A stretch of 56,840 bases of DNA from Octopus sinensis (Eukaryota): the NCBI RefSeq assembly GCF_006345805.1, contig NW_021834946.1, positions 1 to 56,840 of the forward strand, written 5' to 3'. Positions 11,290 through 25,236 of this stretch are shown piece after piece (position 1 is the stretch's first letter; every line of letters begins with the position of its first letter). The notes under the pieces are model-generated. The model did no database searches. It had not been told where the DNA came from and saw only the letters and a program-made list of their open reading frames with translations. The position numbers and the translations under genes are program-made.

Positions 11290-11705
11290 AGGATGTCTCA
11301 TAGATAGTGGTGGCAATGGTGTTGGAGGTGGTAGATGTGGTTATCATGGCAGTGGTGGTGTAGTGGTGACAGTGGATGTGTATGATGGCAGAAATTATAG
11401 TGTTGGTGTTTTTGTAGAGGTGGGTGTGGTGGTGGCGGCATTGCATGATAATGATAATGATGATGGTAGTAGTAGTAGCATTGATTATGTTAGGATGTCT
11501 CATGGATGGTAGAGTTGAAGACATTGCAGAGTGTAGTGGTGGTGAAATTGGTGATTTTGAATATGATGCTGGTATTGATCTTGGGGTTGTGGTTGCAGAA
11601 GATGGTTGTGGTGGTGGCATTCGAAGTTATAGTAATGGTTGTAGTGGTGGTTGTGAAGATGATTCTGATATTGATAGTCTTTGCATTGAGGTGGTGGCAG
11701 AGTCA
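11290..11705. repeat. Degenerate GGT/GAT/TAG trinucleotide low-complexity tract
   Basis: Visible (ggt)/(gat)/(tag) runs; the source of spurious ORFs. Confidence 0.8.
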
Positions 11706-12444
11706 GAGTAAATAATAACAGCCCAGTTAACACAAGATTCTTAAATTTCGGAGATCATAAGATAGAGAGCAAGAAGTTAAAAGTTTCAATACTGGCCCAA
11801 TTCCTACACCCCAGATTCTTCAACTATTTTATAAGAAAGGGATTAATGGCAGGATAGGGATTCAGCTTTAAAATAAATTGTATAACAAAAAATACATAAA
11901 TAAATTACTGCTCCAACGATGTAATTTTAGTATGTGTGTATGTATGTATGTATGTATGTATGTATGTATGTATGTATGTATGTATGTATGTATGTATGTG
12001 TGTGTGTGTAAGCAATGCAAACAATGGAAAATAATTTAAACACTCATTTTCTGATGTCTAAGGATGGATATTTATGCGTATGAATCTTTCTTTTTATTTT
12101 CTTTGAAATATAATTCTAGGGAACTGAAAAAGCTGTGTACGATGCCAATGAGCGGATGTTTACGTTACAAACGAATCTGTAGGTCTGTTTACATGTGGAC
12201 GTTAACTACGTCACAAAATAGCTGTTTACGTCACAGTAAGAATATTTTGAGAGGCAGTAAATAATATGAGGTCGAAAGAAAGAATATCATTGGTTAAAAT
12301 TCGAATTATTAAACAACGTTAAACTTAGAAATTACAATTCCGTTTTCATTTTGGGTTACAATTATGTTTTCTTTTGACACAGTATACGAAGTTTCAAATT
12401 GTTTAGTTAACTAAGAAAATCTGGCCTTCAAACTGAAAAGATCC

Positions 12445-12489
<45 letters not shown>

Positions 12490-12953
12490 TTATTATTATT
12501 ATTATTATTATTATTTTTACTATTCGAGCTTATTGCTTTTTATATTTGTTTCCATAAATTGTTACTTGTGTACTTTGTTACAAAACGTTTATTAAAACCG
12601 TTATTGCATATGCGGTTTGTCTGCAAGTTTTGTGCCCCTTTGGGGGCTCAATTTCGAAGAGAAAGAGAAAATTTAAATCTGGTTTTGGAAAAATAATTTT
12701 ATAAACAATTATGGCGTCGATCACCCCAGAAGCAAACATGGAAGAAGAAGAAGTTAGAGGTAGACTTCTACCTTCAAATGGGTGGGTGGGGCTAGGGTGA
12801 GCACTGGCTAATTTCAAAATATAATAGACTACATGACCGCTGTAAAGATAAACAGCAGCGAAAGCAACAACAACGACAACACAGCGCGGGAATTTAATAC
12901 TAATCATGAAACTGAATTCCTTGCAATAAATGTGACAATAATAAAGACATGAA

Positions 12954-13438
12954 GGGCGGTGAGCTGGCAGAAACGTTAGCACGCCGGGCGAAATGCTTAG
13001 CGGTACTTCGTCTGCCGTTACGTTCTGTCCTTGTCTGTCCTTGTTTGTCCTCTCTGTGTTTAGCCCCTTGTGGGTAGTAAAGAAATAGGTTCTTCGTCTA
13101 CCGCTACGTTCTGAGCTCAAATTCGGCCGAGATCGACTTTACCTTTCATCCTTTCGGGGTGATTAAATAAGTGCTAGTTACGCACTGGGGTCGATAAAAT
13201 CGACTTAATCCGTTTGTCTGTCCTTGTTTGTCCCCTCTGTGTTTAGCCCCTTGTGGGTAGTAAAGAAATTGGTATTTCGTCTGACGCTACGTTCTGAGCT
13301 CAAATTCCGCCTAGGTCGACTTTGCCTTTCATCCTTTCGGGGTCGATAAAGTAAGTACTAGTTGCGTGCAGGTGTTGATGTAATCAACTGGCACCCTCCC
13401 CCCAAAATTTCGAGCCTTTTGCCTAGATTAGAAAATAT
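12954..13438 (+). mobile_element. SINE family B trimer (head-core-tail1 / core-tail1 / core-tail2) with 12-bp TSD
   Basis: TAAAGACATGAA at 12942-12953 and 13439-13450 flanks the whole block; the internal junctions read gtaaagaaat.ggt.tt.cgtct. Confidence 0.88.
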
Positions 13439-13484
13439 TAAAGACATGAACTGACAGCGACAACATGACTACAAGCATAATCTA

Positions 13485-13612
13485 CTCCACCACCACCGCC
13501 GCCACCACCACCCCACCACCACCACCACCACCACTACCACCACCGCCGCCGCCGCCGCCGCTGCCGCCGCCGCAGCCGCCACCACCACCACCACTACTAC
13601 TACAATAACAAA
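13485..13612. repeat. (CAC)n/(GCC)n/(TAC)n compound microsatellite
   Basis: Direct reading. Confidence 0.9.
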
Positions 13613-14241
13613 ATTATGCAATACAAACAACAGGAGCCTCGACAGTTTAAACAGAGACAACAGTTCCAACGTGAATAACAAAAGTATCAGCAATAAAACA
13701 ACAATACATTCGCAGCAACGTCTACAAATGGTACAGGATGGATATCTTACAGAAGTATATGTGTCTGGCCCTTGCAGCCAAACTGATAAGGCTGGAAAAA
13801 ATGCAAGTGGACGTTGTCATTTTTTATGTCCTGGCAGAAACACATAAAAAACCGTAATTTAATAATGTCTTTCTATAAACGCAAATCGCCCGGAGACAGC
13901 TAATAATGCAGATGTGGAAGGTACACTGACGGAAATAATGTCCAACATTCAGTATATCTCGAGAGCTAAACATTTTGCAGGCATTTTGATGCCCTTTAAG
14001 ACCGAAGCTCTGGCCGCCAAACACACGCTGGCTTCACGTTGGTGCGAAAGATATGTCCTCCGTCAATCGTATTTAGCAAGGTCAGTGAAGTTATAATTCT
14101 CAGGTATTCCACCGGAGCGGGGGTGAATTTTTGGAGGATTTTAGCGTGTATCGTTTTGGAAGGGAGTAACACTTTCCTGGAGGTACAGCGGACTTGTGAA
14201 AATTGAACTGTTATCCGTCTGGCGGTGCTTTTCCATATTGG

Positions 14242-14256
14242 AATAATAATAATAAC

Positions 14257-14315
<59 letters not shown>

Positions 14316-14352
14316 CAACAACAACAATAATAATGATAATAATAACAACATC

Positions 14353-14401
<49 letters not shown>

Positions 14402-14420
14402 TAATAATAATAATAATATT
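14242..14420. repeat. (AAT)n microsatellite
   Basis: Direct reading. Confidence 0.95.
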
Positions 14421-15122
14421 AAACCAGACACAAACCACAAGATCCCGAAGGGAATGAACATATTACGGTTGAGGGTAGAAAACTACGGAGTCATCTGTGT
14501 AGGGGGGCTAACTATTTGAAAGCTACCTGCCTCCTACAGAAACAAAGATAGGTTGTATCATCTGGATGGCGATAACAGGTCCCCAAAAGCTACACCAACT
14601 AAATCAGGAACGAACGAAAAGCAAAAGCGACACCAACCACGGCGACAACGGCACAGTCAGCAACAGGAACAGTAAATACTGGAAGAACACCAGCATCAAC
14701 AGCAACACCAGTTGCAGATGTACCACCACCATCACCACCACCACCACCGCAACCCATCAACCTTTTCAAGTTTCACTTGAAAAGGAAGCTGAGTGTTGCC
14801 TTGTAGCAAGTTTGTTGAAAGGTGGGTGAGTGTTGGAAGACTGGCTGGTGTGAAAGGAACCAATACTGAGCGTGCACCTGTAAAAAAAGAAGGGCTCTTG
14901 CCGTGTAGTTCAGGCACCCGTGGATTTTGTGGGGTTTTCCACGAGGAGCTTAAAGCGCCTTCCCTATTGGGAGTTCTAATTTGTTTTAACTTTGTGTACA
15001 CGCGAAAACCCTTTGTATCGCCTTGTTTTCGTCTTTTATGTTGCTGCATGTCAATTAATGTTTTGTATGTGAACCCTTGTGGCTAATAAAAGAATTTATC
15101 ATTATCATTATCATTATTATTA

Positions 15123-15415
15123 TTTTTCTGTTTGACTTTTGCTTTATATCTGTACAAGCTGGCTCCAAGTCTCACCCAGAGACCTCAAGAGACAACAGGT
15201 TGGAAGTTCATGTTGTTGTTATGCCTAGTGTGCCATACATTTGGTTTTTTTTTTGGTGTTGTGCTAGTGAATGTCTAACAAAAAAAAAAAAAATTATGTT
15301 TGTTTTAAACCTTGAGATTACATAGAAAGTATTTTGCGTAAGATAAGAGCAGTTCCCATGAGCACTATCTTTGGAATTTCTGCCATTTTGGGGTTTTCTG
15401 GTATCTGAGTTAAGT
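15123..15415 (-). mobile_element. R4/Dong-clade non-LTR retrotransposon 3' end (ORF C-terminus plus 3' UTR)
   Basis: Minus strand LTQIPENPKMAEIPKIVLMGTALILRKILSM* (stop at 15318-15320), typical of the end of R4/Dong restriction-like endonuclease ORFs; bounded by (TAA)n/(TAATGA)n on both sides. Confidence 0.72.
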
Positions 15416-15570
<155 letters not shown>

Positions 15571-16190
15571 GTTCCGCTGAGGTCGACTTTGCTTTTCATC
15601 CATCCACCGACGACTAAATAAATACCAGCTGAATACTGGTGGCCAAAACACGTTTACCTTTGTTGTTCTTGATCTCGTTGTTTTGATTGTTGCTACAATT
15701 GGTGATGTTGTTGTTGTTGTTGTTGTTGTTGCGGCTGCTTTTGTTGTTGTTGTTGTTCTTGTATTGTTATTGGTTTGCAAAACTTGGAAAGGTTGTGTTT
15801 GTTATAGTTTGATAGCGCTAATGACATTGTCATTTTAAGATAGTGTTTTCTTCCCCCCACTCGAACTTTTTGTCTTTAGAGCTTGTCACATTTTAATTGA
15901 CTGCATCTGTTCAAATGTCATTTATTTTTACTCTTTATCTATATTTTGAATCTGTTTTTCCTGTATTTTCAATACGTTGGTGGGTAGCAGCCTATTTTGC
16001 GTTTACCTCGTCTGAGACGAACTTTTTTCATTCTCCATAACATATAAGATGTCCATTATGAATCTAATAGAAACAGTGCAAAGTAGATGTTTGCGGAAGT
16101 TGCATTTGGATGTTTTGTGTACATTTACACACATTACGTGTGAGTGCTTCTGTTTGTGTGTGTTTATGCATTGTGCTAATACACATGTGT

Positions 16191-16241
<51 letters not shown>

Positions 16242-16629
16242 CGTGGGAGACCAAAGTGTACGTTCGCCGCTATATGTTTTATATATAAAAAATATAAAAA
16301 ATTGGACAAGAGCGCAAAACATCCAGACAGTTAGGTGATAAAAAAGGGATAACAAAACATCCAGATAGACCATGCAAAGAAAACGAAGACGGAATTTTCT
16401 TTCTTCAGTCGAGTTCGAGATAATCCTTGCAATTTCGTCTGGTTATACTCGAGATTGCTCTAATCTGGCCAGCCCCGAAGGAAAATACAAAGCTAAGAGC
16501 ATTAGATTCCATGGAAGAAAGCAGCGAATGTATACGAAGACAGGGACGGAAAAAAACGAAGAATGTTACACAAATACAAATAACAGGACATAAAAAACAG
16601 GTATCTTTCGATTAAGGATGAATTAAATT

Positions 16630-16885
16630 ATGATTTCATAACAGAGGCAATGTAAGCATTCGCAACCACTGCCTGACTTTTCAGGGACAATTGCCTCTCA
16701 ACCATTTCTGGGAAAGACTGGTCACCCTGTTTGCCATCGCGTTCCAGTACTTATGAACCTGGTGACCGGAACCAAACAGACCCCGAGCAGTTTAACTGGT
16801 CCGTTGGTCCAACGTCCCACAACGCGGTCCGATGGCATCATCTTGCATCTTCCGGAGTCCATCAGCAAACTCATTGATTTGTCGT
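16630..16885 (-). mobile_element. Tx1/L1-clade LINE RT fragment, frameshifted
   Basis: Minus strand KSMSLL..MPSDRVVGRWTNGPVKLLGV / FGSGHQVHKYWNAMANRVTSLSQKW / RQLSLKSQAVVANAYIASV, matching the Tx1 pattern KxLGVWF..NW..W..RxLSLKGRA.V.N. Confidence 0.7.
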
Positions 16886-17336
16886 ATAATGAGTCGGTCA
16901 TGTTGAAAAATAAACGACAGTAATATGATGCAGAAAACTTGGAAAGGGCATATAACCCATTTCATTTGCTAAACGTGTGGAAGAATATTTTAGCAGGGCC
17001 CTTTTCCTTTCGAAAAATGTAACAACTTAAAAACACTCGGAATTTTTCGCTTCTACAGAGAAATTCAGAAAGATGTTTTCCTTATAGAATAAATCACATT
17101 TGATTGGAATGTTGCAGAGATTGCATGGAGAACAGAAAATGAATCTAAGTTTGTATCTTTGCGCATGCGTGTGTATTTGTATGTGTATATGATTGTGTGT
17201 GTGAGTGTGTGTTTGTACGTTTGCGTTTGTGAGTGTGTGTAAGTGTGTGTATGTGTGTATGTTTGCTTGTTAAGATTAAATCTCATGTAAAAGCAGGAAA
17301 TGGAGCGACATTTCGAGAGAGAGAAGAGAAACATAT

Positions 17337-17380
<44 letters not shown>

Positions 17381-17642
17381 TTGTGTGTGTGTGTGTTGTG
17401 TGTGTGTGTGTGGTGTGTGTGTGTGCGTGTGTGTTCATATATACATATAAAGACGGATACATAGATGTAGAAATAAATAGATAGAAAGAGAGAGAGAGAG
17501 AAAGAGAGAGAAAGAAAGAAAGAAAGAGAAAAGACAGAGTGGGAGAATAAGCGAAAAACGGAGTTACAAAGAGACAGAAAGATACTGCTCCATCTGTCTA
17601 TCTATCTATCTCTCTCTCTCCCCCTATCTATCTATATATCTA

Positions 17643-18021
17643 TCTATATATAAACGGCAGTTTGTCTGTGCGTGTTTCTGTGTGTCTGTTTGCTTGTACC
17701 CTCACCCTGACCACGGCTTTCAACCGATTCTGATGAAACTTGACACACACATAGCCCAATGTCATAATTCAAAACTAACGCAGCGAAAATTTTGAAAAGT
17801 TCCACCAGTTCTGAAAAAAATCGATAAATTCGACATGGGGTCGAGAATCACAAACACAAACCACAAACTGTCTAGGGGACGCAACTCCACCTTTTTTAAC
17901 TTAAAAAAAAAAATTACCATCATTTTTTTCCATTTTTTGCTATATTTTGGCTATAACTCTCTAAAAATGCTTTATAGTTATTTCCCTTACAAACCTGAGC
18001 AACGCCGGGCGATACTGCTAG
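17643..18021 (+). mobile_element. Non-autonomous Helitron-type element, subfamily 2 (same 3' end as subfamily 1, different 5' half)
   Basis: A|TCTATATATAAACGGC start; end cctgagcaacgccgggcgatactgCTAG|T. Confidence 0.8.
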
Positions 18022-18350
18022 TCTATCTATATTTCTATCTATCTACATATCGATACACATTTGTAATAACGTATTAGCATGTATTATATAGGCAAACAAA
18101 TTATGGAGTTACCTAGATAGACATACATATAGACAGACTGAGAGATAGATTGATATACAAAACATTAGGTAGCTTGAAGGTGAGAGGGTGATAAATAGAT
18201 AAGCTGGGAGATTAATGGATTAATAGTCAAACTAATATAAGCAGTTACTAGTTACTAGTTAGATACACTAGTTACTAGTTAGATACACGCATTTACCTAT
18301 TTTGTAATTCGTCCCCTCTGTGTTCAGCCCCGTGTGGCTAATAAAGAAAC

Positions 18351-18950
<600 letters not shown>

Positions 18951-20014
18951 GGTAGGTAGAATGATAGATACTAAGAGAGAGAGAGAGAGAAGAGAAACAG
19001 AGAAAGAAAGTTAAGCATATTGAAAAGGTCTATTTAAACTAGCAACGGGAATGTCGTAGCCAATAGATTTAACGATTCATTCAGAGAAACACGAAACAAA
19101 ACAATGAATAGATGAAAAAATATGATATTTAAAAGTAAATACAAATAATTGAGCTAAAAAAATATGACATAACGATTAGGTTTGGATAGACATCTCTGCT
19201 TTGTGTGAAGGACATTTTGATAAACCTGCTGCCCACTCCACCATAGCCACGTTTCCATACAGTAGTCCGTGTGGGTTTCAACGATATTACATAAGTTTAG
19301 TAAGCTGTCACGGAATATGTCGATTAACGTTGGAATAACAAAGAACAGTTTTGTGTGGGGGGATTTACAGAGATGAAAGAACTGTTATTTTATTCCCAAA
19401 CTGATACAACGGTTTTTCTACTTAGGAATAATGCAACAACAATAACAATATTGACAACAATAAGAGATATAAGAGCTACAATAATGAAAACAATGAAAAT
19501 AATAGCAACAGGGAAAATACAAGCAGCTACAATGGTAATAACAAGAAGAAGAGCGATGAGGAAAAGAACGAAGGTTAACTACGAGAAGGATAAAATCTGC
19601 AACAAAGAGAATGAGAAGAACCGTAGTAATAACAACAATAACAATATTTACAACAACAACAACAAAAGTAAGGATTTCGATAACCACAATAACAACGTAA
19701 ATAACATGTGTCACGACAATGATGAAGAGTGCGACGATGACGATAGCAAGAACAAATACAACATAGATGACACGGCAAAAGCAACAATGACATCAACAGA
19801 TAACACTCATGACAAGAAGAAGAACAACAATAACAACAACAACAACCACCAAACAACAATTACCAAGCTCGGACAACAACAAAAGGACAAGAACGACAAG
19901 TAAGATAACCAATAATATGAACAATGCAACCAACGATAATAACATCTACCACCACCAATACGCACACACACTGTCAATGCACGCGTGTTTATATATATAT
20001 ACATACACACACAC

Positions 20015-20059
<45 letters not shown>

Positions 20060-20214
20060 TATATATAGATATATATATACAAATAAATGTATATGTGCAT
20101 GAATATATATATACATATGTATGTATAATATATATGATATATATGTATATATATATATATACACACACCTGTATCTGTGCGTTACATAGTTGCATATATA
20201 GATATACACACATA

Positions 20215-20254
<40 letters not shown>

Positions 20255-20429
20255 TATGTTTGCGTATGTGTATGGTATGCGTGTATGTGTAGTTTCTTCA
20301 TAAATGTACTTCAGTGCGATTACTCTTAAACAATTCATATAATATAGCTGTATTAAATGGAATCTTCATTACAATAATCGATACCCTATTGTGTACTATT
20401 TAAGCGATAATAAGAGCACTTTTAATTAT

Positions 20430-20449
20430 ACTACTACTGCTGCTACTCT

Positions 20450-20526
<77 letters not shown>

Positions 20527-20574
20527 ATAATAATAATAATAATGATAATAATAATAATAATTATTATTATTATT
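20430..20574. repeat. (TAC)n-(TAA)n-(TTA)n microsatellite
   Basis: Direct reading. Confidence 0.95.
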
Positions 20575-20587
20575 TGAGGCTGACTAG

Positions 20588-20860
20588 AGGAGATTTTATA
20601 AACAAATAAATAGTGGAGAACGAAGTACTGAAGATGAGAAACCTAATGGGGAGAAAGCTAGAAAGTTCTGGGGTAATATTTGGGATAAACCAGTCAATCA
20701 TAATGAAGAAGCAGTATGGTTAAAGAAAGTGAGGGAAAAAGTAGTGAGTGAGAATCAGCCAAATCTAAGATTATCTATTGCATCAATGAGTTGTGTATAA
20801 GGAAAATGCCGAATTGGAAAGGCGTAGGACCAGATTTAGTCCCAGGGTACTGGCTAAAAA
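20588..20860 (+). mobile_element. R4/Dong-clade retrotransposon pre-RT/RT fragment
   Basis: RRFYKQIN..ARKFWGNIWDKPVNHNEEAVWLKKV, then after a frameshift IRKMPNWKGVGPDLVPGYWLK (R4/Dong NWKAPGPD..G.WLK motif); abuts a (TAA/TTA)n array. Confidence 0.8.
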
Positions 20861-20861
20861 T

Positions 20862-21435
20862 TCTTTTCTACTCTAGGCACAAGGCCCGAAATTTTGGGAG
20901 AGGGGCCAATCGATTAGATCGACCCTAGGCCGTAACTGGTACTTAATTTATCGACCTCAAAAGGATGAAAGGTAAATTCTACCTCGGTGGAGTTTGAACT
21001 CAGAACAAAGAGACACACAAAATACCTATTTCTTTACTACCCACAAGGGGCTAAACATAGAGGTAACAAAGAAGGAAAGACAAACGGATTAAGTCAATTA
21101 AATCGACCCCAGTTGTAACTGGTACTTATTTAATCGACCCTGAAAGGATTAAAGGCAAAGTTGACCTCGACGGAATTTGAGCTCCGAACGTAACGGCAGA
21201 CGAAATACCTATTTCTTTATTACCCACAAGGGGCTAAACACAGAGGTGACAAAGAAGGACAGAAAAACGGATTAAGTCAATTAAATCGACCCCAGTTGTA
21301 ACTTGTACATATTTAATCGACCCTGAAAGGATGAAAGGCAAAGTCGCTCTCGGCGGAATTTGAGCTCAGAACGTAACGGCAGACGAAATACCGCTAAGCA
21401 TTTCGCCCGGCGTGTTAACGTTTCTGCCAGCTCGC
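20862..21435 (-). mobile_element. SINE family B trimer (same architecture as 12954-13438)
   Basis: Two gacgaaatacctatttcttta.tacccacaagggg junctions on the plus strand; the terminal unit carries tail 2 (ttttctactctaggcacaaggcccgaaatttt). Confidence 0.85.
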
Positions 21436-21584
21436 TACAAATATTAGGTGAGCAGCCCCAATAGTAGATCACCTCTTCCTCCACCTTCTCCCATTCTCTT
21501 ACTTGTACTACTACTACTACTGGTAGTAGTAGTTGTTGTTCTCTTCTTCTTCTTCTTCTTCTTCTTCTTCTTCTTCTTCTTCTT

Positions 21585-22056
21585 GTAATCAGGACTCACG
21601 CCATTAGCCACAAAGAATAATCTCTAATTCGAGCCTAATCTAAGCTACTAACAATGCGCGTGGCAATTTGAAGATCCACCCACCACACCCGATGGACTGG
21701 CGGTTGCATGGGCGCGAAAGCTACGTTGCTATCCTCATTCCCTAAACGGTGGCTTTTTACGGATGGAGAATTGAACCATCCTGGGGTACAGAGGATTCGC
21801 AATCTAGACTAGTGTCTGAAAGTTTACCACACCATAGTGGGTTACACCATGGTCCCTCTGCTTTGTGGCAGACGTAGGAAGAAAGAGTGAGAGAAAGTTG
21901 TGGTGAAAGAGTACAGCGGGGTTCACCCCCAGCCCCCGCCTCATGTAGCTTAGGTGTTTTACTTAATAAACACTCACAATGCAAGGTCTGGGAATAGAAA
22001 CCGCGCTCTTACGACCGTGAGTCCGCTGCCCTAACCATTGGGCCATTGCACCCCCA
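21585..22056 (-). mobile_element. SINE family C with tail type X, ending in (AAG)n
   Basis: Head and core (21878-22056) match 51998-52170; the downstream ~290 bp are unrelated to other copies and end in gtcctgattac(aag)n. Confidence 0.75.
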
Positions 22057-23579
22057 CCATTGTTGTTGTGTTAGTAGTAGGCTAAATGAGCGAAAATAAT
22101 ATCCGAAATGTGTTTGACTGATCTGCTGATAGTAGCAGTCAAAATCTTTCCGAAACCTATTCACACCCCGCCATCTTCCTCTTCGTAAAGGATAACAATA
22201 AATAACCCTACGTTATACCTTAAACAAAATTTTCCCACATTCACTGATTGTACACCTCTGATGATCGATATACTACCAAAGCAGGGTTCATTGAGGGTTA
22301 TTACCAAAGCAACAAACAACAGCAACACCACCAACACCATTGACAACACCAGCACCTCCACGACGACGACGACGACCACCACCACCAGCACCAAAACCCA
22401 CAACAGAAGCCATCGCATTTACTGCCTCATTCATTTCCTCTGTACATCTTCCTTCCAGCTTAATGCCGTGATTTATAATTCATTAGGATTGTTGTCAAGT
22501 CGAATGATTTTTCCCAAGTCGTGATTCTCGTAAATTAGAATTCTTTTGCATTGCATAATATCTTCGAGTAAGTTTGAAGCCAAAAGTATTTCGCTCTCTT
22601 TTTTGTATTTCTCTCTCACTATGCCTGCCTTTCTCTCACTGGTTCTCTTTCTCCTACACTCTCTCTCTCTCCGTCTCTCCGTCTCTCTTTTTATCTCTCT
22701 TTGGTTTATGAATCCATTTTCTCCTCTTTTCGATTTTCTTTAGTTTATTTTTCAGAAATGCTTACACGATAGTAATTATAAACGGAGTCAATTTTTTTTT
22801 AAATCCGTTCCTTTAAAAACAAAGAAACACCCACATGTACCCTCGCACCCTCGCCTTCTCCACATCTCTCCATCACTCCCTCCTTCTCCACCTCTCTCCC
22901 TTTCTCTCCCTCTTTCTCTCTTTCAAATTCTCCCGCATACATATAGACACAGTCTAACACATACATATTTTGACCTAAATTTTATTTGCAACAGTAAAAT
23001 TCCATGGTGCTCTATCTGCGAGGCTACTTTTAATCAAAGAATTTCATGCTAGCAGATTCAACTAGGTCAAGATTTGTGTGTGTGCGTGTGTGTGTTGGAA
23101 CAGAGCAAAAGCATATGTCTGTGTTTGTGTATGTGTACCTTGGCGTGCATGCTGGCGTGTGTTTTGGTTTGTATGTGTGAGCATTTCTTTGTTAAAGAAC
23201 GGATTAAAAGAATTGGCTTAATTAAACGTACTCTGTTCCTTAATTAATTAACTAATTAAATGGCGTCTATTGTTTGTTGAGTCAATAGGATGTGTTGGTT
23301 GTCTGTCAGGCTAACATGACCTCTTGTCACAAGGAACCATTTCATAGGATTTAGAAACGTTGCAGAGCTTTAAGAAAATCTGACCAAGATTACTTCCTGT
23401 TTTAAGATTTTTTTTTTATCAGTGTAATTGAAAATAGTTTCCAATATCGTATCAATATTTTTGGAGGCGTTGAGGATGGTGGAGTGTGTGCAGGGGGGCG
23501 GTGGATTGTGAAGATATGAGAAAGCGGCAAGAGACGTTATTCTTTGAATTTTGCGTTATCCATTTTAATGGGTCTGGCG

Positions 23580-23581
23580 TC

Positions 23582-23645
<64 letters not shown>

Positions 23646-23873
23646 AGGAAAGGGAGAAAGAAAGAGGGAGAAAGAAAAGAAGAGACGGACAGGGAGAAAT
23701 TGAGAGAGACGGTCGTATACACACAAGAAGAGAAAGATAAATGGAGATAAATGGAGATGAATTGAAAGGGAGAGACCGCGTGAGAGATAGAGAAGGAGAG
23801 GCAGATAGGGAAGGAGAGAGAAAGAGAGAGAGAGAAAGAGAGAAGGAGAGAGAAAAAAAGAGAGAGGGAAAGT

Positions 23874-23910
<37 letters not shown>

Positions 23911-23984
23911 CGAATACACACAGGAAGCGAGAGAAAGATAATTGGAAATAAATGGAGATGAATTCAGGAAGAGAAACTGTGCGC

Positions 23985-24015
<31 letters not shown>

Positions 24016-24160
24016 CCAGGGACAGAGAGAAAGCGGAAGAAGAAGGGAGACAGAGAAAGAGAAAGGAAGAGATAATGAATGACTAAGAGAGATAGAGATA
24101 GGGGAGAAAATGAATGAGTGAGAGAGAAAGAGGGAGAGAATGAATAAGAGTAAGAGAGAG
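23580..24160. repeat. ~580-bp GA-rich homopurine tract with an internal ~200-bp diverged duplication
   Basis: (GA)n runs; gtcg.atacacac.agaag..agaaagata..ataaatggagatgaatt occurs at ~23712 and ~23909. Confidence 0.8.
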
Positions 24161-24409
24161 AACGAGAGTGGGTGTACTTGTATGTCATTGATCGGATCTG
24201 TCTTTCTGAATGGTGTATACGTATGTGTGTGTGTGTGTGTACTTGTGTGAACGTGTGGTTATGCGTGTGTGTGAGTGTGTATTTATGTGGGTTTATGTAT
24301 CTGCGTGTGCGAGTCTCTGTGTGTGTGTGTATATGCAAGTGTTTTTATGTGTGTATGCGTCTGTATGTGTGAGTGTGTGTATGTGTATGGCATATAGTTA
24401 AATGTATAT

Positions 24410-24625
24410 TATTTCTTTACTACCCACAAGCGGCTAAACACAGAGGGGACAAACAAGGACAGATATCGACCCCAGTGCGTAACTGGTACTTAATTTATCG
24501 ACCGCGAAAGAATGAAAGGCAAAGTGGACCTCGGCGGAATTTGAACTCAGAACGTAACGGCAGACGAAATACGGCTACGCATTTCGCCCGGCGTGCTAAC
24601 GTTTCTGCCAGCTCGCCGCCTTATT
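24410..24625 (-). mobile_element. SINE family B, full length, 18-bp TSD
   Basis: ATATAGTTAAATGTATAT at 24392-24409 and 24626-24643. Confidence 0.92.
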
Positions 24626-24894
24626 ATATAGTTAAATGTATATGCATAGATAATACTGAAGTGAGAGTTGCGTGCATCAAACGTCTGTCTGGATGTCTAC
24701 TGCAGACGATTCACTGGCGGTTAGAATTTTGTGCTCTACCGAACATCCCGGCAATCAGTTACATAGACTCTAGTATTATCAGGATAAAGAGGAAATCTGA
24801 CCTGGTCAAGATTTGATCGTAGAACGGTAACGGTAAGCATTTTGTTAGATGCTTACAACTTTCTGAAAAATTCACATCCCTGAAATATTTGTTT

Positions 24895-25090
24895 CACATT
24901 TTGGCACAAAAGCAGCAATTTCGAATTAGGGTTTAAGTCGAATGCAGCGACCCCACTGCTCTAATGGTACTTATTTTATCGACCCCACAATGAGTGAAGG
25001 CGGAATTTGCACTAAGAAAGTGAAAGATTGACGAGATACTGCGAGACATTATGCCCGCCGCGCAAACAGTTCTTCCAGCTCGCCGCATTC
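24895..25090 (-). mobile_element. Degenerate SINE family B, tail 2
   Basis: ggcacaaaagcagcaatttc..ggtacttattttatcgacccc..ccagctcgccgc. Confidence 0.65.
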
Positions 25091-25236
25091 GCCCTCCTGA
25101 AATATTACTTTTGTATTATAGATCACAAAGAGCAAAATACAAATTTAATTTCAGTCTGGTTAACGGACCAGAACTGACCTCAGCTGTTAATCATTTTATA
25201 TTAATGTAAAAAATAACTTTTGACTCGAGTTGTGAA

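Noticed and set aside
12711-12800. Short ATG ORF MASITPEANMEEEEVRGRLLPSNG with a possible GTGGGT donor
   Set aside because: No homology recognised and the donor is mediocre; insufficient evidence.
13700-14230. GC-richer island with a ~70-codon minus-strand open frame
   Set aside because: Probably a decayed repeat, but I could not assign any motif.
16380-16500. Possible HHR in the 16.2-16.6 kb island
   Set aside because: The CTGAAGA and GAAA halves are in the wrong order or degenerate (GAAATTGCAAG); no consistent fold.
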